Shown here in pieces: positions 58,781 to 64,000 of a stretch of 64,000 bases of DNA. The notes below the pieces were generated by a model. The model was not told the DNA's origin. It saw only the letters and a list, made by a program, of their open reading frames with translations, and did not search any database. Each line of letters opens with the position of its first letter. Position 1 is the stretch's first letter. The DNA comes from Candidatus Azotimanducaceae bacterium (GTDB lineage: Bacteria > Pseudomonadota > Gammaproteobacteria > Pseudomonadales > Azotimanducaceae). The stretch covers positions 400,284 to 464,283 of the forward strand of contig OZ244128.1 in assembly GCA_965215995.1 (NCBI GenBank), in the 5' to 3' direction. The position numbers and the translations under genes are program-made.

Positions 58781-59767
58781 ATGGCGAAGATAGAAACCGG
58801 TGGGGACGTCGAGCCGGCAGCGACCAACAAACCCGGAATCGATACGAACGACGTGCGGCGATGGCTGACGAATCGGTACGGCTCGACGGTGGCAAACCTG
58901 CAACCGCTCCCTGGTGGCTTCTGGTCTGCTGGCTTCGCTTACGAGCGCGGCGGCGAGGAGCTCGTCATCCGATTCAACCGGAATCCCGAAGGCTTTCGGA
59001 TCGATCAAGCCGCGCACGCCTTTTCCGAAACCGGACTTCCAGTACCTGAAGTGCTGGAGATCGGTACGGCACTGGATCTCTCCTACGCCATCAGCCGCCG
59101 ATACCACGGCAGATTTCTTGAAACCGTGGATCCGGAGGCGGCACCGCGGTTGGCAAGGGCACTCTCAGAACTGTTCGCACAGCTGCGACGCGTTCCTGGT
59201 CATGACCGGGTAGAGTGGTACGACCCAGCCAGTAGCCGCTCCTGGCACGACTATCTGCTGCGCAGCATCAGCGATGAACCCAGCCGTCCTCAGGACGACA
59301 CCCGCCGGGTTCTCAAGTCCCGGCCCGCCCTGAATGATCTCTATCAGGTTGCCTGCACTCGCATTCATGAGCTGCTGCCACGATGTCCGGAACGCCGCGA
59401 TCTCGTCCACGGTGACCTGTTGCATCAGAACGTGCTGGTTTCCGAGCAGGCGGACGAAGTCCGGGCAGTCTTCTCCTGGAAGTGCTCTGCGTTCGGTGAC
59501 TTCGCCTACGACATCGCCTGGTGCACACACTGGGCACCCTGGCATCCGGGGATTTCTGCGGTGGACGTCCTGGCTCTGACTCGTGCAGCGGAAGATCTGG
59601 ATGAACAAGCCCGCGCCAATCTCGCCGAGCGCCACCACTGCTATGAGTTGCAGATTGCGGCTTCCCACGTTGGCTGGTATCTGTGGACGCGGGATGAGGA
59701 GAATCTGGCCCTGCTTGCGGAAGGCCTGCGCAGACGGCTGGATCGAGGGCCACTGACAATCGGCTGA
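58781..59767 (+). CDS. aminoglycoside/choline-kinase-like phosphotransferase (APH family)
   Basis: 328 aa with the catalytic loop DLVHGDLLHQNVLV and the later motif FSWKCSAFGDFAYDIAW. Confidence 0.8.
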   Translation: MAKIETGGDVEPAATNKPGIDTNDVRRWLTNRYGSTVANLQPLPGGFWSAGFAYERGGEELVIRFNRNPEGFRIDQAAHAFSETGLPVPEVLEIGTALDLSYAISRRYHGRFLETVDPEAAPRLARALSELFAQLRRVPGHDRVEWYDPASSRSWHDYLLRSISDEPSRPQDDTRRVLKSRPALNDLYQVACTRIHELLPRCPERRDLVHGDLLHQNVLVSEQADEVRAVFSWKCSAFGDFAYDIAWCTHWAPWHPGISAVDVLALTRAAEDLDEQARANLAERHHCYELQIAASHVGWYLWTRDEENLALLAEGLRRRLDRGPLTIG

Positions 59768-59796
59768 ACGCAAAGCCTGAGGGGGAGGATAGGTTC

Positions 59797-60162
59797 ATGG
59801 CGGAACGAAGCGAGGAAGACAAACTGAGAATTGCCAGAGCGATAACGGACGCGCTGGCAACACCGGACGAGATCAAGGACGACTGGGGTCGACTTATCGT
59901 CGACACGGTCCTCCCGGATGGAGTCTGGTCCCGACCCGGGCTCAATCAGCGGGATCGCAGCCTGATCACCATCGCTGCCCTCACCGCCCTGTATCGGCCC
60001 AACGAGTTGGAGCTTCATATCGGTCGCGGGCTGGACAATGGTCTCAGCCAGACGGAGATTTGCGAGCTGATCATGCACATGGCCATCTACGGCGGCTTTC
60101 CGGTCGCGGTGGAGGGTATGGCTGTGGCCAAACGGGTATTCGAGGCACGAAGCGATGACTAA
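59797..60162 (+). CDS. carboxymuconolactone decarboxylase (AhpD-like) family protein
   Basis: 121 aa with VWSRPGLNQRDRSLITIAALTAL...ELIMHMAIYGGFP. Confidence 0.85.
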   Translation: MAERSEEDKLRIARAITDALATPDEIKDDWGRLIVDTVLPDGVWSRPGLNQRDRSLITIAALTALYRPNELELHIGRGLDNGLSQTEICELIMHMAIYGGFPVAVEGMAVAKRVFEARSDD

Positions 60163-62017
60163 GCGGATCATCTGCCTCACATCCAGCCTGCTGATGGTCT
60201 CGATCTTCGCGGCGCCGGTGCAGGCCGAGAGCTACTCACCGCACACGACGCAGGACTTTCCTCGTCGCGTTCTCTGGGGCGATACCCACGTCCACTCCAA
60301 GCTGTCTCTGGATGCCAACATGTCTGGAAATCGAGGGCTGAGCGCTGCCGATGCCTATCGGTTCGCCCGCGGTGAGCGGGTCACCACCAATGACGGCCGG
60401 CCGCTGAAACTGCGCCGGCCGCTGGACTTTCTCCTGGTGAGTGACCACGCGGAATACCTTGGCGTGATGGACGGTCTGAACCGCCAGGACGCGCTGCTGC
60501 TCGAGAACGACACCGCGCGGCGCTGGCAGCAGTCCCTCGCGGCGGGCGACTACTCGCCCATGTCGGAGTTCGCCCAGTCCCTTGTTGCCGGAGAGAGCGT
60601 GCTCGTGCACCCGGATTACAGCCGCGTGATCTGGAACACGGTGCTCGAGGCGGCGGAGGCGGCCAATCAGCCTGGGGTATTTACCGCCCTGATCGGCTAT
60701 GAGTGGACGTCCATGCCAGGCGGCAACAACCTGCACCGGGTCGTCGTGTTTCGCGACGGTGCTGAGCGGGCCGGACAGGTCCTGCCGTTCAGCGCCTTCG
60801 ACAGTGACAAACCGGAGGATCTCTGGGCCTTCATGGACCGTTACGAGGCCCAGACCGGCGGTCGCATCCTTTCCATCCCGCACAACTCGAATATCAGCGG
60901 CGGTCGGATGTTCCCCGGGCTCGAAACAGACGGTCAGCGGATGACGGCAGACTACGCCCGGCAGCGTGCCTGGCGCGAGCCGCTGGTGGAAGCCACCCAG
61001 GTAAAGGGCGACAGCGAAACCCACCCCTTCCTGTCACCCGATGACGAGTTCGCCGACTACGAATCCTGGGATCGATCCAACGTGAGCATGGCGGTTCCGC
61101 ATCAGGATGAGTGGTTTCGCCATGAGTACGTTCGTTCGGCGTTGCAGCTGGGGCTCGAGATCGCCGACGCTACCGGCGTGAACCCTTACCGGTTCGGCTT
61201 GATCGGCAGCACCGATTCGCACACGGCTCTGGCCACTGCGGATGAGGATGACTACTGGGGCAAATTCGTCAGTGCCCATCCCGGACCCGAGCGCTGGCAG
61301 ACCCCCATTGTCCGAAGCGATACCCTGCCCTACATCGCTTACGAGTGGGAGATGGCAGCATCCGGCTACGCTGCAGTCTGGGCGGAAGAGAACACCCGGG
61401 AGGCCGTCTTCGATGCCATGCAGCGCCGGGAGACCTATGCCACGACCGGTCCACGAATGACCGTGCGCTTCTTCGGCGGTTGGACCTTTGCCGCGGCCGA
61501 TGCTCATGCGCCGGACCTTGCTCGGGTGGGCTATGGCAAAGGAGTTGCCATGGGCGGACTGCTCAGCGACGCCCCTCCTGGCAACGGCAACCCACCGCAG
61601 TTCCTCATTCAGGCCTTCCGGGATCCCGACGGCGCTAATCTGGACCGGCTGCAGATCGTCAAAGGCTGGCTTCGCGCCGATGGCACGCTGCACGAGAAGG
61701 TACATGACGTTGCCGCCAGCGAGGGCAGAACCGCGGACGCAGAGGGACGGCTGCCGCCGGTGCAGAGCACGGTCGATCCAAGCACGGCCAGCTACAGCAA
61801 TCAGTTCGGTGCGGCGGAGCTCACCACCCTGTGGCAGGATCCGGACTTCGATCCCGACGAGCGGGCCTTCTACTACCTGCGCGTTCTGGAGATTCCCACC
61901 CCCCGCTGGACCACTTACGACGCCGTGCGCTTCGGCTTGGCGCTACCGGAGGAGATCCCCCGGGTCACTCAGGAACGGGCATATACGTCAGCAATCTGGT
62001 ACGAACCGGAAAGCTAA
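60155..62017 (+). CDS. DUF3604 domain protein (PHP-like metal-dependent hydrolase fold), secreted
   Basis: 620 aa with a signal peptide, then WGDTHVHSKLSLDA and later SDHAEYLG. It overlaps the CMD gene by 8 nt. Confidence 0.75.
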   Translation: MTKRIICLTSSLLMVSIFAAPVQAESYSPHTTQDFPRRVLWGDTHVHSKLSLDANMSGNRGLSAADAYRFARGERVTTNDGRPLKLRRPLDFLLVSDHAEYLGVMDGLNRQDALLLENDTARRWQQSLAAGDYSPMSEFAQSLVAGESVLVHPDYSRVIWNTVLEAAEAANQPGVFTALIGYEWTSMPGGNNLHRVVVFRDGAERAGQVLPFSAFDSDKPEDLWAFMDRYEAQTGGRILSIPHNSNISGGRMFPGLETDGQRMTADYARQRAWREPLVEATQVKGDSETHPFLSPDDEFADYESWDRSNVSMAVPHQDEWFRHEYVRSALQLGLEIADATGVNPYRFGLIGSTDSHTALATADEDDYWGKFVSAHPGPERWQTPIVRSDTLPYIAYEWEMAASGYAAVWAEENTREAVFDAMQRRETYATTGPRMTVRFFGGWTFAAADAHAPDLARVGYGKGVAMGGLLSDAPPGNGNPPQFLIQAFRDPDGANLDRLQIVKGWLRADGTLHEKVHDVAASEGRTADAEGRLPPVQSTVDPSTASYSNQFGAAELTTLWQDPDFDPDERAFYYLRVLEIPTPRWTTYDAVRFGLALPEEIPRVTQERAYTSAIWYEPES

Positions 62018-62025
62018 GTACTCGG

Positions 62026-62934
62026 TCAGGAGGGCACCGTCGCCACGCCAGCCGAACCGGCCAGCGCCCAGGCCAGCACGATCAGGGTGAGCGCGGTGAA
62101 GCCACAGAGCTTCTGACCAATCCGGCCGAGGCGTCGGATCGGCCAGTCCGCGGCCCAGAGCCCGAGGCCCACCCCGGCTGCAAAACCGGTAATGTGGGCC
62201 AGCACATCGGTCCGCTCACCGCCCACACCCGTAAACGAGAGCAGCGCGATGGCGGCAAACAAGGGTGCAAACGCTCTGCGCCAGCCGCGCCCGCGGAAGT
62301 AGCCGCGCTGCCAGACAAAGGCGCTGGAAAGTGACAAGGCAGCGAACGTGGCTGTGCTGGCGCCAAGGGATGCGAATTCCGCCGGGCGCAGCGCAGCCGC
62401 AACCCCGTTGCCGAGGGCACCGCCGAGCAGAATCAGCAGCCAGGCCAGACCCGAACCCATGAAGCGGCCGGCAAAGAGCCCGAACACGGCACCGAACGCA
62501 GAGTTGCCGATGATGTGACCAAGATCGCCATGCAGGGTCAGCGCCGTAACGGTTCGCCACCACTCTCCCGCGACAACCGCTCCCGCCTCCACTCGGCCAA
62601 GCCCCCGCCAGTCCCAGCCGAGAAAACCGCTGTTCTCGAAAAACGGCACCGCCCAGATCACTACGAGAAATCCGAGCACGCCGATGAGGCCGCTATCGAT
62701 CTGATCCGGCACCGGCGCCGGTGGTGGCGGTTGGTTCTCCAGCCGGTACTTTTCCAGGTGGGCAATGGCATCCGGAGCCTCAACCTCCGGCACTTTGATG
62801 CACCAGTCGTGCTCGTCCCGGACCACCACGTGAGTCACATTGACGGCAGTCAGCACCAGACTCGCCTCCATGAGCCGGCGTCGGGTGGCACCCCGATGGA
62901 TCGGTCGCCACTCATCGTAGTCGTGATGAGTCAT
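62026..62934 (-). CDS. rhomboid family intramembrane serine protease with cytoplasmic N-terminal domain
   Basis: 302 aa with WRTVTALTLHGDLGHIIGN (HxxxN) and LGASTA (the GxSxx nucleophile helix). Confidence 0.8.
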   Translation of the reverse strand: MTHHDYDEWRPIHRGATRRRLMEASLVLTAVNVTHVVVRDEHDWCIKVPEVEAPDAIAHLEKYRLENQPPPPAPVPDQIDSGLIGVLGFLVVIWAVPFFENSGFLGWDWRGLGRVEAGAVVAGEWWRTVTALTLHGDLGHIIGNSAFGAVFGLFAGRFMGSGLAWLLILLGGALGNGVAAALRPAEFASLGASTATFAALSLSSAFVWQRGYFRGRGWRRAFAPLFAAIALLSFTGVGGERTDVLAHITGFAAGVGLGLWAADWPIRRLGRIGQKLCGFTALTLIVLAWALAGSAGVATVPS

Positions 62935-62992
62935 GCGGCGGTCTCAACTGCTCAAGGTTCGTTCGACCGGAAGCGGCCAAAACCCTCAGGCC

Positions 62993-64000
62993 TCAGCTCG
63001 TGCGCACGTCCCGGAACGGGATGGTCTTGTCCACCTCAGGTTCCTTCGGCAAGCCGAGCACCCGCTCGCCGATGATGTTGCGCTGGATCTGATCCGTACC
63101 GCCGCCTATGGAGGTGAAGTAGGCATTCAGCGCCAGGAAGTTGGCATCTTCAGCCCGGGGGTAGTCCGCCCCTTCCAGCAGGCTCTGAGCACCTAGGATT
63201 TCGGTGCGCACCCGTGCTTCCTCGTGCAGGATCCGCGACATTGCCAGCTTGCCAAGGCTCATCACCGAAGAAGACGTGCCCTGCTTCAAGTCTGCCTTGC
63301 CCCGGGCGGCGTTCAGGGCGTTCAGCCTCTTGTAGGCGATCGTCTGCGCGATGTCCTGACGCAACCCAGGCTCATCCAGGCGACCCGCTTCACGGGCCAG
63401 AGCGATCAGCGGTTCCTCGTTGCTGGCTTCCTTCACCCCGCTGCGTGGGCCTCGAGCCCCTTCGCCCATGGAAGAACGCTCGTAAGCAAGCGCGGTGTTG
63501 AGCACCTGCCAACCGCTGTTCAACTGGCCAAGCAGATTTTCCGCCGGAACGATGGCATCCGTGATGAACACCTCGTTGAAATGGCTCTCGTTGGTGATCT
63601 GGCGGAGCGGCCGGACCTCGATTCCCGGCTGCTTCATGGGGCAGAAGAAGAAAGAGATACCTCTGTGCTTCGGCACATCCCAATCCGTGCGGGCAATCAG
63701 CATGCCGTAGTCGGCAACCGCGGCACCCGAGGTCCACACCTTCTGACCGTTCACCACGAAATGATCGCCCTGCCGGTCGGCCCGGGTACGGATGCCGGCC
63801 AGATCCGATCCGGCACCGGGCTCGCTGTAGAGCAGGCACATATTCACATCGTTGGTGAGCAGACGGCCGATCAGTTGTTCCTTCAGGCTCTGACTACCGC
63901 CTGTCAGCAGCGTGTTGGCCCAGAGGTTCATCCGATCCTGCCCTGTGCCGGGCGCCCGCACCCGGGCAAACTCCCGCTCAATGATCTTCGCCTGGCGGTC
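62993..64000 (-). CDS. acyl-CoA dehydrogenase family protein; the N-terminus lies beyond the window end
   Basis: LLYSEPGAGSDLAGIRT and C-terminal IGGGTDQIQRNIIGERVLGLP. The reading frame stays open to position 64000. It is a paralogue of 43065-44255. Confidence 0.85.
   Translation of the reverse strand, partial: DRQAKIIEREFARVRAPGTGQDRMNLWANTLLTGGSQSLKEQLIGRLLTNDVNMCLLYSEPGAGSDLAGIRTRADRQGDHFVVNGQKVWTSGAAVADYGMLIARTDWDVPKHRGISFFFCPMKQPGIEVRPLRQITNESHFNEVFITDAIVPAENLLGQLNSGWQVLNTALAYERSSMGEGARGPRSGVKEASNEEPLIALAREAGRLDEPGLRQDIAQTIAYKRLNALNAARGKADLKQGTSSSVMSLGKLAMSRILHEEARVRTEILGAQSLLEGADYPRAEDANFLALNAYFTSIGGGTDQIQRNIIGERVLGLPKEPEVDKTIPFRDVRTS

Overview
GC-rich bacterial chromosomal segment, probably gammaproteobacterial: IhfA, PheS/T, IF3, L20 and L35 look Pseudomonas-like. 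It is densely packed with about 66 protein-coding genes. The housekeeping core is the conserved infC-rpmI-rplT-pheS-pheT-ihfA-merR-like operon on the minus strand (about 42.8 to 37.2 kb). It is flanked by gene-dense catabolic neighbourhoods. These carry CoA-dependent and oxygenase functions: thiolase, NMO-like oxidoreductase, a family III CoA-transferase/racemase, a two-subunit Rieske dioxygenase with a BphB-like diol dehydrogenase, a Baeyer-Villiger monooxygenase, an NtaA/DszA-type FMN monooxygenase and an HCCA-isomerase-like protein. Paralogue families include 3 crotonases, 2 MaoC hotdog proteins, 3 further SDRs, 2 acyl-CoA dehydrogenases, 2 TetR regulators and 2 APH-like kinases. Other content: several GNATs, sulfite dehydrogenase (SoxCD/SorAB-like), a 1018-aa TolB-propeller/amidohydrolase lipoprotein, transporters (GPH/MFS, MFS, DUF4212 plus SSS symporter), rsgA and a rhomboid protease. 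I saw no rRNA, tRNA, CRISPR array, transposase, integrase or phage gene. I could not identify an unambiguous new multi-gene system, and no defence-type hallmarks (nuclease, helicase or ATPase modules) are present. The best leads are listed here. (1) An attenuator-like rplT-pheS spacer whose terminator encodes a Phe-rich mini-ORF. (2) A 26-bp perfect inverted repeat element in a lower-GC spacer. (3) A secreted C15 pyroglutamyl-peptidase homologue whose nucleophile Cys is replaced by Ser. (4) A BlaR1/M56-like membrane protein without HExxH and without a BlaI partner, next to a TARG1-like macrodomain. (5) Two tightly coupled uncharacterised operons: MBL - unknown - histidine phosphatase, and MFS - unknown - Nudix. 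(6) A 5'-truncated class III nucleotidyl cyclase remnant. Many long ORFs in the supplied track are antisense or 5'-extended artefacts of high GC and were rejected.
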